Both the position numbers and the translations under genes were made by a program. A stretch of 38,056 bases of DNA from a virus (lineage: Duplodnaviria > Caudoviricetes): the IMG/VR virus record IMGVR_UViG_3300044949_001698, positions 1-38,056 of that record; one strand, 5' to 3'. Positions 17,001 to 26,040 of this stretch are shown piece after piece. How positions within the stretch are numbered: position 1 is the stretch's first letter; each line of letters begins with the position of its first letter. Under the pieces are notes generated by a model. That model had not been told where the DNA came from. It saw only the letters and a list, made by a program, of their open reading frames with translations, and ran no database searches.

Positions 17001-17512
17001 CTGACGGGTTGAAGTTCGGGTTGAAGGCGATTGAGTTCGCAGCCGGCCAGATCGTGGACACGGTCTACAAGCAGATCGCCCGTCTCGCTGATGTGACCGG
17101 CGCGATCGGTGTTCAGGCTGCGAACGCTTTGGCGTCCGCGCTGTCCGCAGGGGCGTTCCTCGGGCTGGTGAACGTGTTGCGTGCTGCTGAGACAGCGCAG
17201 CGTCGGGCGCAGGTGGTTGCACAGGTGACGCAGCGGACGTTTGAGGCTGCGTCAATCATCGAATCCGAGTTTTCACGTCGGATCCGTGACGCGAACGCTA
17301 ACGACAACCCGATCAGCAGGGCGGTCGCTGTGATCGCCGCCAACGCGTTCAGGACGCAGGAGTACCAGAAGCTGAACGCCGAACTGGACCGGCTGTCGAA
17401 CAGCCCGCAGATCAGTGTGTTCATCGGCCAGGAGGAGATCGACGCGATTGTCCGCACCGAGGTCGGCAACGCGCAGCGGGCGTCTGCTGTGAATGCTGGG
17501 ACGCGGAGGTAG
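14042..17512 (+). CDS. Tape measure protein
   Basis: 1156 aa, helical Ala/Gly/Leu-rich. VGGLYVEVKLD N-terminus, tape-measure domain (ALGQAFQSGALRGTEVLQL...QTVNGQLSKL), VFIGQEEI C-terminus. Confidence 0.95.
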   Translation: MAVANAPVGGLYVEVKLDAKQALLGFDQLKAKGTQVITSLGAVSSGISKAIAAEVAKSEKELQKLAQVAQQTAQQVNAALAKPKTPKTPLAADLAKLRNGITASGASSSFINNLTAARDVGGLQQLQQSLRALRAEADKIRVNAVDPQDIAEADRLRAKLVGLEKAAAAGVAKINAPPKPNVPTPRPPRPSTPGGGGLQPARDEARKTQTQFQETGQAALSLASNIGGVFGALRAGNVGQAAYFLFRNIGQAFTTLSKAGPVAAAAILAVVAAGSAFIISAAAVIGSLKQIGTAGIQAGNELQSLEISLRANLGTAGAERELGFLTERAESSVFDIAGLTAVDRTLVAYNVLNDDIRQGLLDTLITLGTVGGKNVDQLQLGAVALGQAFQSGALRGTEVLQLVNSVGVGLEVFQELSEYANKTNAELRQLQEQGLLKSTDLFRALELRAASFGGVAAQAAQTVNGQLSKLREDLPASIGFQFLEAGVQDQLTNLLSTIYTFLSSIDFGPVAEGFATFFSQLSSAASGFVNSGAGAGIKLFVEGILSGVLTFASRAVAAFQAFGVALRPLLEPLQRAYEGFTLLRNAGADTGDGFNFLIDAIGFLAKNIAVGLQAVDALVDAFKALVKSGLQVGDVLSLVFGAFRKALTGDFVGAKNDLLAAGKLALQPFTDVVTEFASDTRSAFADIDAVIADAKSIRREAQSEFDSPILGRIEIPAPTGLSDEEQERLEKEVEARKKFFEDLAKKLEDARKELEELTVRWFGFRSELERGFLGDKGFEATADQIAATGRKVIEILRGVGQIAVADDVERATLRLIDLARLRDDFAEKLKEAEKKLEDAISSRDGFAKRIREQSIAFVNAFKLEEEEIENVTRIAGGGIVGYLVSKTKETKSFVASLRERVATLREFRANINLLAARGLDAGLLEQLVSAGPEQAGDVVKQLSQSGDSVLREVNTLQKEVGDLATKYGDENARRFYQAGVDTAQAQADGLKFGLKAIEFAAGQIVDTVYKQIARLADVTGAIGVQAANALASALSAGAFLGLVNVLRAAETAQRRAQVVAQVTQRTFEAASIIESEFSRRIRDANANDNPISRAVAVIAANAFRTQEYQKLNAELDRLSNSPQISVFIGQEEIDAIVRTEVGNAQRASAVNAGTRR

Positions 17513-17515
17513 GTC

Positions 17516-18292
17516 GTGCCGCTCGGGACTCCAACTCTGACCGTCGAGGTCGACCAGGCCGGTTACGCGGTGCTGGTCCTGTCGTGTACCGGGGCGGTCA
17601 CCGGGACCATCAAGCGGGTGACACCGTCCGGGTCGATCAACGTCCGAGGTGCGCTCAACGCGAGCTTGTCGTCGGGCACCATCTACTGCTCCGACTACGA
17701 GATCCCACAGTCCTACGAGCTGTCGTATTGGGCTGAGGTGAAGGACGCGTCGACAACGAAGACGACCGGGGTGGTGACGGTCGGCGGGTTGAACCGTGGT
17801 GTCGACTGGATCGCCCCGCTCGGTGAACCGTTGAACGGGATGGCAGTCAACGTCGAACGGATCGACACCCTGTCGTATGACACCACGTCGGACACGGCGA
17901 AGATCCTGAACCGGCGTGACCCTGTCGTTGTCACTTGGGGTCGGCATCTGCCCCGCGGTGAGATCAGTTTCGTGACGCTCACCGACCAGGAACGCGTCGA
18001 CATGCATGCGGTCCTTGGCAGCGGCCGGCTGGTGCTGTTCCAACCGAGGGTCGGGTTCGGGTTTGAGGAACCGTTGTTCATGGCGGTCGGCGAGGTTCGT
18101 GAGGAACGGCTCGCAGCGTTGGGTCGTGAACAGGCACGCCGGTGGAGTCTCGACGTGCAGTTGACTGCGCCGCCGCCACCACAGTTCACGATCAAACTCG
18201 GCGACTTCTGGCAGGACGTGCTGGCCGCCGGCGACACCTGGAACGAGCTGCTCCAAGCGGGTGGCACCTGGTTTGACCTGACGGGAGTGTGA
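17516..18292 (+). CDS. Minor tail protein (distal tail, Dit-like)
   Basis: First gene after the tape measure; VRG...DYEIP...Y, ILNRRDPVVV, RRWSL motifs seen in actinophage tail-tip proteins. Confidence 0.72.
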   Translation: MPLGTPTLTVEVDQAGYAVLVLSCTGAVTGTIKRVTPSGSINVRGALNASLSSGTIYCSDYEIPQSYELSYWAEVKDASTTKTTGVVTVGGLNRGVDWIAPLGEPLNGMAVNVERIDTLSYDTTSDTAKILNRRDPVVVTWGRHLPRGEISFVTLTDQERVDMHAVLGSGRLVLFQPRVGFGFEEPLFMAVGEVREERLAALGREQARRWSLDVQLTAPPPPQFTIKLGDFWQDVLAAGDTWNELLQAGGTWFDLTGV

Positions 18293-18729
18293 TGGCGACG
18301 ACAACGGCTGCGAAGGATGCTGCGTTGGCTGCGGTCACGTCGGCGGGAACGAAGTGGGTGGTGTTGACCACGGGGACACCGGCGTCGGCGACGGCGGCTG
18401 CGGTGCATGCGGTGAGGTTCACCGGGTGTGCGCCGGTCGCAGTGTCGGGGGCCGGCTGGTCGTCGCCGTCAGGGTCGGCGGTCCGTCAGGTGTCAAACAC
18501 TGCGGCGGTCCAGTTCGCTCCGGCAGCCGGGCTGGGTGGCGCAACCAGCGTGCAGGGGTTCGCGTTGGTGTCCACGTCGGACGGTCAGGTGCCGAACGCC
18601 GGGTCGACGTTCAGCAACGTGAACACAGTGTGGTTCTACGGGCTGCTGGTGGCGAGCCTGTCGGTTCGTAACGCTGACGAACCCCGGTTCGCTGCGGGGA
18701 CGTTGGTGGTGGAGGCGGCAGGCACCTGA
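18289..18729 (+). CDS. Minor tail protein
   Basis: 146 aa, Ala/Gly/Ser/Thr-rich; SNTAAVQF...FYGLL..SLSV...DEPRFAAGTLVV pattern of small tail-associated proteins. Confidence 0.72.
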   Translation: MMATTTAAKDAALAAVTSAGTKWVVLTTGTPASATAAAVHAVRFTGCAPVAVSGAGWSSPSGSAVRQVSNTAAVQFAPAAGLGGATSVQGFALVSTSDGQVPNAGSTFSNVNTVWFYGLLVASLSVRNADEPRFAAGTLVVEAAGT

Positions 18730-18730
18730 C

Positions 18731-21700
18731 ATGCCGGCGTTCGCTTCTCCTCCCCCGTACCGTCCGACACGTCAGACGTGGCGCAACGCGTTCTACTACC
18801 AGCCGGTTGATGCGCTTCCCGCGCACGGGTCGTCGGCTGCGTACATCTCAGCGATGCAAGCGTCAAACGCTGCCGATCCGAACATCCGTATGGTGCCGTT
18901 CGGGCAGGACAACTGGAACGCTGGCAGCGAGTCCTACTACTTCGTGGATTCGTGGCCGTCGAATCGGCCGGTGTCGAGGGCGAACTGGTCGATCATCAAC
19001 ACGAACGGGTCGACAGCGAACCCGCATCTGTACTGGCCGGATCTGCGCCAGCAGAACGCTGTGCGGAACTCGCCGTGGGCCCAGGCGCTGTTCGGTCTGC
19101 CTGACTATGCGGTGAACCTGTCGAACGGTGACCGGCATGCGATCTTGTGGTCGGAGTCGACCGGTGAGCTGGTTGAGGCGATCGGCTACTCCGGGTTGGG
19201 TGCTGCGGCCGAGGCGATCGTGACGTGGGATCTGGACTCGTATGTGTTGCCACGCAACGGGTCGACTCCGGTGGGGGCTGTGGCGGCGTGTTTCCCGGTT
19301 GCGCCGCTGATGTTCACCTACCAGGACTTGTTGGACTGTGGCGCTTCCGGCGATCTCGGCCACATGCTCGGCCTGTCGGTGTTCAACTATGGGACGACGT
19401 TCGGATGGCCGGCCCGGAAGTCGGATGGGACGTTGGCGGGGGGTGTGCCGGGCGGGACGGTGTTCCGGTTGAAGTCGAACTTCAATCTGAACTCGTTGCC
19501 GAACAACGCGTTGAAGGCTGTTGCTCGGACGTTGCAGCGGTTCGGGGCGGTGATCTACGACCGGAACTTCACTCGCCACCAGATTCTGACGCCGAACGAT
19601 CCGGCGTGGCCGCAGGGCCAGTCGGACCTGGGTGTGCTGCTGGGCAGCTTGTTTCCGTGGTCGGCGTTTGAGGCGGTGAATCTGTCGTCGGTTGCTGGGG
19701 TGACCGATTCGATCGCGGTGTCGGGGTCGACGCCGGCGGTGCAGGGTGTGACGTTGGATGGCGACCCGGCGTCTGTGGGTGTGTCGTTGAACGTGTCGGC
19801 CCGGTTGACGGTGTCGGCGACGGCTGCGGAGCCGGTGGCGCGGTTCACGGCGACGCCGACGACGGGGATGGTGCCGCTGACGGTGACGTTCGATGGGGGG
19901 TCGTCGCGGGCTGCTGATGGTGGGCCGGTGTCGTCGTGGTCGTGGGATTTCGGTGACGGGACGACAGCGTCGGGGCGTGTGGTGACGCACACCTATTTGA
20001 CTCCGGGGGAGTACACACCGGATCTGACTGTCACCGCCGGCGACAGCGTGGCTCCTGTTGCCGCTTATGAACGGATCTTCACTGACTGGGATCCGACAGC
20101 CCCCTTACTGGGTTCCGACCCGTCGCAGTCGCTGGGCGGAATCTGGTCTTATCAGAACGACTACCCGTCGTCTGGCGTGACTACCGTTCGCCAGCTTGCG
20201 GACGGTGTGTCCGCGCCGTCGGCGATCGCGACGTTCACGAACAAGTACATGCGGGGCCGAGTCGCAACCGATGGCAACGATTGGGCTGCCCCATACGTCG
20301 TGTGGGATCCGGTCAACGCCGAGTACAACGCGGCGGGCGTCATCATTGACGGGACCGTGTACGCGACGCCGCCCCCTGGTTTGGCAGGTTTCGGTGGCAG
20401 CCCGGTCGATCAGCTTTATTGGGAGCGGGACAGCTCAACAGGCCCGCACGTCATGCTGCTCAGTTCGATGCGCGGGTACACGCGTGGCTTGTTGAGTCGG
20501 TTCAACGTGTCAACCGGTAGCTGGTACAGCGAGGAGTACCTCGCTCCCGTAGGTGGGAACGCACCTGCCTGGTATCCGTACATTGCGTCGGTGTTGGTCA
20601 GCAACGGTTACGCGTGGGCGTTGATGACCCAAGGCCCGAACAACCCGTGGCTTGTGAAGATCGACTTGGACTCGATGGCTCCGGTTGGCGTGTGGTCACT
20701 AGCAGTGGGTGCGCCACTTTTCAGGTACAAGATGATCTGGAAGTCGGGCTACTTCAACAACGCCACCAACAACTCGGTGTTGATCGCCAAGGTAGGTTCC
20801 AAAACCATCCTAGAGTTCGACCTGAGCGTGCCGTTTGACACCAATGACGCAGCCAACGACCACGCAGTACTTGGAACGCTGTCACCGGTTTCGCAGATCA
20901 CGCTTCCCGATGGGTTTGCAACCAGAGACATGGTGGTCGACAACAACCTGCTGTGGGTTTCATCGGACGCGTCCGGTGTGCGGGTCTTCGACCTTGACAC
21001 TGACGCGCTCGTCGGATCAGTTGACGAACTCGGATCAGCCGACCCGGCAGGGCCGTTCACCGACCCTGAAACCACCTACTTCGTTGAAGGCTTCAGACCG
21101 TCGGGAACGCAGTACCGGCCACCGCAGATGTGGGTCGCCGCTCAAGGCCATCTGGTACAGCTCGCCGTCGGTCAGGACACCAGCGTTTCGGATTCGGCGT
21201 CGGAGACGGTGACGGTCGGCGAGTTCGCCCCGCAACCGTTCGCGACAACCCGGTTCACCGAAGCGATCCGCTACTCGCACCGGGCAATCACCCGCGCTGA
21301 ACTCATCACCCCTCTCGGCGACCGGTTCATGCTGCCCGTCGTGGACGGCACTCTCACCATCGACCGACGCAACCAGGTGTGGAGGACCGCTGACCTCACC
21401 GTCGGCCTCGACGCCGTCGGCACCATCGAACGCGCAGCGATCGAACGGTTGAACGTCGTCGGATCCGACATCGCCCTGTACGCCGGGATCTTCTACGAGA
21501 ACGACAACACCGAACTCGTCCAGATCGCCCGGCTGCGAGTCGAGACGTTTGAACGCCGGCTGTCTGCGGCGTCCATCCAGATCGCCGCCAGAGACTACGC
21601 GTCGATGCTGGAGGAGTATCCGATCACCCCCGACTACAACACGAAACTGCGTGGGCAGGATCTGGTGTCGGCGGTGTCGCTGCTTGTCAACGACGCCCTG

Positions 21701-22345
21701 CCGTATGTGATGCCTGGGATGGCGACACGGTTGACGGTCGGGGACGGCCTCCCGGCATGGCAGGTGCCGACGGACGCCACGTTCGATGGGGACGGGCGGC
21801 TCGACACGATCGTCCGCTGGTGTGAAGCGGCTGGCGTGTACTTCTTCAACCTGCCGAACGGCACGTTCTATCTCCGTGCGAAAGACGATGTGGACTCGTC
21901 GGTCCTCACGGTGTCTGACGGCGACGGAGGCGTCCTCATTGACGCAAATGAGGCGTTCTCCCGGTTGGAGCTCTACAACGCCGTAGAAGTGGCTTTCGAC
22001 GCCCCTGAGGGCGTCACAACGCCTGTGAGGGCGTTTGTGGTGGATGACGACCCGGCATCACCCACATATTGGGATGGACCGTTCGGAAAACGAGTGAAAC
22101 AGGTTTCGAATGTCCCAGCGAAAAACAACGCTGAGGCGTCGGCTGCGGCGATAGCGAAACTGAACGAAGCGAAAGGGATCAGCCGTGGGTTGCGGGTCAC
22201 CGGGCTCCGCTATCCGACGCTCATTCCAGGGGACAGCATTGTGGTGGAACTACCCAATGAGGCGTCCGAACAGCATGTGGTCGAGGCGGTCACACACAAC
22301 CTGTCGGGGGCCACTGTCGAGATCGAAACCAGGTTCGTGTCGTGA
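18731..22345 (+). CDS. Multidomain tail hub/adhesin: unknown N-terminal domain + PKD domain + inserted beta-rich domain + C-terminal hub (DUF5047-like)
   Basis: PKD signature PLTVTFDG...WSWDFGDGTTASG..VTHTY..PGEY. The C-terminal ~370 aa carry RFTEAIRYSH, GTLTIDRR...R, YNAVEV, DDDPASPTYWDGPFGKR and PTLIPGD, as in actinophage hub proteins. Confidence 0.8.
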   Translation: MPAFASPPPYRPTRQTWRNAFYYQPVDALPAHGSSAAYISAMQASNAADPNIRMVPFGQDNWNAGSESYYFVDSWPSNRPVSRANWSIINTNGSTANPHLYWPDLRQQNAVRNSPWAQALFGLPDYAVNLSNGDRHAILWSESTGELVEAIGYSGLGAAAEAIVTWDLDSYVLPRNGSTPVGAVAACFPVAPLMFTYQDLLDCGASGDLGHMLGLSVFNYGTTFGWPARKSDGTLAGGVPGGTVFRLKSNFNLNSLPNNALKAVARTLQRFGAVIYDRNFTRHQILTPNDPAWPQGQSDLGVLLGSLFPWSAFEAVNLSSVAGVTDSIAVSGSTPAVQGVTLDGDPASVGVSLNVSARLTVSATAAEPVARFTATPTTGMVPLTVTFDGGSSRAADGGPVSSWSWDFGDGTTASGRVVTHTYLTPGEYTPDLTVTAGDSVAPVAAYERIFTDWDPTAPLLGSDPSQSLGGIWSYQNDYPSSGVTTVRQLADGVSAPSAIATFTNKYMRGRVATDGNDWAAPYVVWDPVNAEYNAAGVIIDGTVYATPPPGLAGFGGSPVDQLYWERDSSTGPHVMLLSSMRGYTRGLLSRFNVSTGSWYSEEYLAPVGGNAPAWYPYIASVLVSNGYAWALMTQGPNNPWLVKIDLDSMAPVGVWSLAVGAPLFRYKMIWKSGYFNNATNNSVLIAKVGSKTILEFDLSVPFDTNDAANDHAVLGTLSPVSQITLPDGFATRDMVVDNNLLWVSSDASGVRVFDLDTDALVGSVDELGSADPAGPFTDPETTYFVEGFRPSGTQYRPPQMWVAAQGHLVQLAVGQDTSVSDSASETVTVGEFAPQPFATTRFTEAIRYSHRAITRAELITPLGDRFMLPVVDGTLTIDRRNQVWRTADLTVGLDAVGTIERAAIERLNVVGSDIALYAGIFYENDNTELVQIARLRVETFERRLSAASIQIAARDYASMLEEYPITPDYNTKLRGQDLVSAVSLLVNDALPYVMPGMATRLTVGDGLPAWQVPTDATFDGDGRLDTIVRWCEAAGVYFFNLPNGTFYLRAKDDVDSSVLTVSDGDGGVLIDANEAFSRLELYNAVEVAFDAPEGVTTPVRAFVVDDDPASPTYWDGPFGKRVKQVSNVPAKNNAEASAAAIAKLNEAKGISRGLRVTGLRYPTLIPGDSIVVELPNEASEQHVVEAVTHNLSGATVEIETRFVS

Positions 22346-22575
22346 CTGTCGACCCGTGGGTCACCCCAACAGCAGAGAAACCGCAGGCGGTTGTTGCTGT
22401 CCGCAAGTACCGGATTGTGGCGGTGGACGAGTCCGACGGTCAGGTCGCGACGTTGGAAGCCGCGGATGGCAGCGAGTTCCCGATCCGATTTCCGAACTCC
22501 ATCACCCCGGCCTTGTCGGCGTGGGTGTGGTGCCTGCACACGAACAGCCAGCTTTGGCCGTTCGCCGTTGACTGA
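22342..22575 (+). CDS. Small tail-tip protein
   Basis: 77 aa, GTGA-coupled to the hub gene, beta-rich. Confidence 0.6.
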   Translation: MTVDPWVTPTAEKPQAVVAVRKYRIVAVDESDGQVATLEAADGSEFPIRFPNSITPALSAWVWCLHTNSQLWPFAVD

Positions 22576-22583
22576 GGAGCGTC

Positions 22584-23195
22584 ATGCCGCAGACCTACAA
22601 GGGTGCATCCATCCCCGCCTATTCGGACACCGCTGACGGTCCGTTGGCGTTCCGAACGCTTGTTGATGGCGGGTCGGTCGTGTCGCGGGTTGCGTCGTCA
22701 GCGAAGCCGGCTGCACCGGTTGAAGGGCATGTGATCTGGAACACGACCGACAAGCGTTTCGAATACTGGAACGGGTCGGCGTGGACAGTCCTGGCCCGTG
22801 GCGACGGCGGGCCACGCGGGTTCGTTGCCGAGTTCACGGCGACCAGTCAGACGATCGCGAACGCGGCTGGCTGGCAGAACGCTTCGACGGTGACGGTGAC
22901 GGGCCTGTCGGCGGGTCGCCGGTTGAAGTACACGGTGCAGCACACGGCGTCGTGTGGGGCGACGACCGACCCGGAGATCGAGTTCGCGGTGAACCGGCCG
23001 AACTCAACTACCGACCCGACACGCAACTGGATTCTCAAGGGGGCAGGCCAGTTCCGGGTGAACACGATGCACTCGGGGGTGTGGACGACGACGAGCGCCA
23101 GCCAGATCTTCGCTCTCGTCGGCAGGGTCCGAAACGGGAACAACTGGGTGTTCGAATCCGGGTACTGGATCTTCGAAGATCTCGGACCGGCGTGA
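22584..23195 (+). CDS. Minor tail / receptor-binding protein
   Basis: IPAYSDTADGP, P.EGHVIWNTTDKRFEYWNGSAW fibre motif, C-terminal beta-sandwich ending in EDLGPA; SD GAGGAG. Confidence 0.78.
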   Translation: MPQTYKGASIPAYSDTADGPLAFRTLVDGGSVVSRVASSAKPAAPVEGHVIWNTTDKRFEYWNGSAWTVLARGDGGPRGFVAEFTATSQTIANAAGWQNASTVTVTGLSAGRRLKYTVQHTASCGATTDPEIEFAVNRPNSTTDPTRNWILKGAGQFRVNTMHSGVWTTTSASQIFALVGRVRNGNNWVFESGYWIFEDLGPA

Positions 23196-23196
23196 C

Positions 23197-23493
23197 ATGC
23201 AGGGGCTACTCATCGCGCTGACCGAAGGCGAGCGCATCGGGCTACTTGGGCTGGTCGGTGTGTGCATCACGGCGGCGGCGTCAATCAGCGCCGTCGTGAT
23301 CGGCCAAAAGGTGCGGCGCGAGAACTCATCCCAGCATGGCGAGTCGCAGCGTCTGCTGGTGAACCTCGCCGACAAGGTCGACGGCCACGGCCAGAAGCTC
23401 GACCAGGTCGCCGACCGGGTGGAGTCGGTCGCTGCACGCGTCGACCACGCCCACAGTCGACTCGACAACCACAAGCGGAGGTGGTTCAGGTGA
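23197..23493 (+). CDS. Membrane protein of the lysis region (N-terminal TM helix + coiled coil)
   Basis: Hydrophobic IGLLGLVGVCITAAASISAVVI followed by heptad repeats; upstream of the holin. Confidence 0.72.
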   Translation: MQGLLIALTEGERIGLLGLVGVCITAAASISAVVIGQKVRRENSSQHGESQRLLVNLADKVDGHGQKLDQVADRVESVAARVDHAHSRLDNHKRRWFR

Positions 23494-23702
23494 GCAAGTT
23501 CCAACGTGACCTGATCGAGCGGGTTGCCCGCACGTTCCTACAAGCTGCGCTCGCCGTCGCTGCGACCGACCTCGCTGGCGTCACCAGCGTCGATGCCGCC
23601 AAGGGCTTGGCAATCGCCGCAATCTCTGCCGGTCTGTCGGCGGTCACAAACCTCCTCGGCAGGACCATCGGCGATCCCGACTCCGGTAGCTGGGAGTCCT
23701 GA
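23490..23702 (+). CDS. Holin (r1t-like)
   Basis: 70 aa; ERVARTFLQA motif, two hydrophobic helices; immediately before the endolysin. Confidence 0.85.
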   Translation: MSKFQRDLIERVARTFLQAALAVAATDLAGVTSVDAAKGLAIAAISAGLSAVTNLLGRTIGDPDSGSWES

Positions 23703-23703
23703 C

Positions 23704-24507
23704 ATGGCGTACATCAGCCGCGCCGAGTGGGGCGCTCGGGCTCCGAAGTCCCGAGTGGCGATCAGCCGGTCGGAGGGGATGTTCACGCACTACACGGCCG
23801 GTCCGCGGGCGGCGACCCGTGCCGCCGGGGTCGCCCAGGTGAAAGGCATCCAGCGGTTCCACATGGACACCCGAGGGTGGGCTGACATCGGTTACAGCTT
23901 CTTGGTCGATGACGAAGGCAACATCTACGAGGGTCGCGGCTGGGGGGTCGCAGGCGGGCACACCGAAGGTTGGAACAGTCGCAGCCACGCTGTGTGCGCC
24001 ATCCTCAACGACGGCCAGAAGCCGACCACGCAGATGCTCGCTGCGTTGCGTTTGGTCCACGACGATCACGACCGCCGGTACGGCAACGGTTTCCACCGGT
24101 CGCACCGGGACGTGAACTCCACGTCGTGTCCGGGCGACATCCTTCACGGCTGGATGCAGGCGGGGATGCCGGTCGCCGGGGGCACACCACCGCCGCCGCC
24201 GGCTGAACCCGCAGTCAACGCCGAGCAGGCCGCAGCGTTCCGCAGGGTCGTTGCAGCGTTCCTCTCCCGTGACCTCGGGCGGGTCGGCACCCTGCGGTCA
24301 GGGTCAAGCGGAGCTGAGGTTGTCACGTTGCAGAAGGCCCTCAACGTGTTCGGCAAGAACCTGACAACCGACGGAGCCTACGGACCGGCCACGCGTGCTG
24401 CGGTCACCGACTTCCAACGGTTCATGCGGCTGACAGCGGACGGGGTGTTCGGACCAAACACGAAAGCTGCCATGCAGCTCGCGTTGAACAAGGTGGCGAA
24501 CCCATGA
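23704..24507 (+). CDS. Endolysin: PGRP-like N-acetylmuramoyl-L-alanine amidase + peptidoglycan-binding domain
   Basis: ISRAEWGAR, HYT, IQRFHMDTRGWADIGYSFLV, YEGRGW, GGHT, HRD..STSCPG; Pro-rich linker; LQKALN...DGAYGPATRAAV..FQ...L.ADGVFGPNT. Confidence 0.95.
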   Translation: MAYISRAEWGARAPKSRVAISRSEGMFTHYTAGPRAATRAAGVAQVKGIQRFHMDTRGWADIGYSFLVDDEGNIYEGRGWGVAGGHTEGWNSRSHAVCAILNDGQKPTTQMLAALRLVHDDHDRRYGNGFHRSHRDVNSTSCPGDILHGWMQAGMPVAGGTPPPPPAEPAVNAEQAAAFRRVVAAFLSRDLGRVGTLRSGSSGAEVVTLQKALNVFGKNLTTDGAYGPATRAAVTDFQRFMRLTADGVFGPNTKAAMQLALNKVANP

Positions 24508-24746
24508 GCGGCGACCTGGTAGCACGACTCGACGCTCACATCGCTGAACGGGGCGGCAGCCGCAACCTCGGATGGGTCGACAAGCTGCCCGACGACGTGA
24601 AGCAGATCATTCTCACGTCGCCGCACTCGTCGGCGGGGATCGCATCGTGGCTTCTCACGGAAGGGTTCGAAGGGGCCACCTACGCGAAGGTCGACCATTG
24701 GCGACGCAAGAAGGCCGCTGAGAGTGCCGGATCGCCAGAGTCTTGA
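24504..24746 (+). CDS. Small hypothetical protein, possibly DNA-binding (helical)
   Basis: 80 aa, ATGA-coupled to the lysin; IASWL..EG......VDHWRR pattern; precedes the phosphoesterase. Confidence 0.65.
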   Translation: MSGDLVARLDAHIAERGGSRNLGWVDKLPDDVKQIILTSPHSSAGIASWLLTEGFEGATYAKVDHWRRKKAAESAGSPES

Positions 24747-25920
24747 CGCCCATGTGGCCGCACTCCAGGTAGCTGCGAACCAGCGGCGACCGGGGGTGGC
24801 GACCGAACCGTGGCGGGCCGGATACGAACTCGACGGCACCGCTGGCGAGTTGACGACCGGTGCGATCCCTGACGACGGCGACGTTGATTGGGACAGCGTG
24901 TTCCGCCACTGGAACCTCGACCCGGCCTGCTGGGAAGTGGTCGACGGGACGTTGCGGGTCAACGCCTGGGAGGGTCCGCTCGCCGGTGGCGACACCAAGA
25001 TCTTCCGCCAGTACAAGGCGTCGATCCGCCGTCGTGTCGGCACGGTCGACGTGGACCCGGTGGTGGAACGGATCGCCCGTCGCCGCCCGAAGAAACCTGC
25101 GGCAACGGATGGCGGAGCGACGTTCGTGTCGGCATGGGCGGACTGGCAGGTGGGGGGACTCCCGGCCGACGAGTGGGAAACAATGTTCCACGCGAGCCTG
25201 GACCGGGTGGTGGCCCGAGCGAAGCAGGCTGCGAAAGCTGGTGCGGACCGGGCGGTCGTCGGGTTTCTCGGCGACATGGTCGAGGGGCTCTGGAACTATC
25301 CGTCGCAGCACTACACGATCACGATGGATCTCCGGTCGCAGAAACGGCTGGTCCGTTCTGCGGAGGCGGCGGTTCTCGCTGCGGTCGCCCCGCTGTTTCC
25401 GTCGGGGGTGACGGTTGTGGCGGTGCCCGGCAACCACGGCAGGAACGGCCCGAAGGTCGTGACTGGCCCCCACGACAACGCAGACATGGAGTGTTTCGAA
25501 CAGGTCGCTGAGACGTTCACCGCGACCGGGTTCGCCGACGAGTACGGGCTGACGTTCGTGCACAACCCGGACGGGTTGATCGTGATGACCGAGTCGTCGG
25601 GGACACGGCTGCTGTGGTGTCACGGCGACCAGATCAAAGGCTCGGCCGACAACATCAAGAAGTGGTTTGCTCAGGTGCTGTTGACGAACTGGCAGCACGC
25701 CGATGCGAACATCCTGTTGACCGGCCACCGGCATCACCTGCGGGTCGAGGAGCTGGCCGGCGGGGCGGAGTCGCGGTGGCTGTTCCAAGCCCCGTGTCTG
25801 GCTGGTGGCAGCGAGTGGTTCGCCGATCAGGGCGGTGGGACGAGCAACCCTGGGACGTTGACGTTCACGACGGCTGAGGGCCGTTGGTGGGGGTTGGATG
25901 TTGCCGGGTGCATCCCATGA
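24724..25920 (+). CDS. Calcineurin-like metallophosphoesterase (Mre11-like as annotated in actinophages)
   Basis: Five metal-binding motifs: ADWQVG, GDMVEG, PGNHG, HGD, GHRHH. Confidence 0.85.
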   Translation: MPDRQSLDAHVAALQVAANQRRPGVATEPWRAGYELDGTAGELTTGAIPDDGDVDWDSVFRHWNLDPACWEVVDGTLRVNAWEGPLAGGDTKIFRQYKASIRRRVGTVDVDPVVERIARRRPKKPAATDGGATFVSAWADWQVGGLPADEWETMFHASLDRVVARAKQAAKAGADRAVVGFLGDMVEGLWNYPSQHYTITMDLRSQKRLVRSAEAAVLAAVAPLFPSGVTVVAVPGNHGRNGPKVVTGPHDNADMECFEQVAETFTATGFADEYGLTFVHNPDGLIVMTESSGTRLLWCHGDQIKGSADNIKKWFAQVLLTNWQHADANILLTGHRHHLRVEELAGGAESRWLFQAPCLAGGSEWFADQGGGTSNPGTLTFTTAEGRWWGLDVAGCIP

Positions 25921-26040
25921 AAATCCCATAGAACGCGGTTTTCATCCCATAAGCACGGCACTTTCGGTGGTGGGCCACGCAAGGTTGACCCCGGAAAGTA
26001 GCGGAATGTCGCCCCCTGACGTTGCGTGACACATCACGAA

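Noticed and set aside
22584-23195. Diversity-generating retroelement or invertible tail cassette
   Set aside because: No reverse transcriptase, no template/variable repeat pair noticed, and no invertase.
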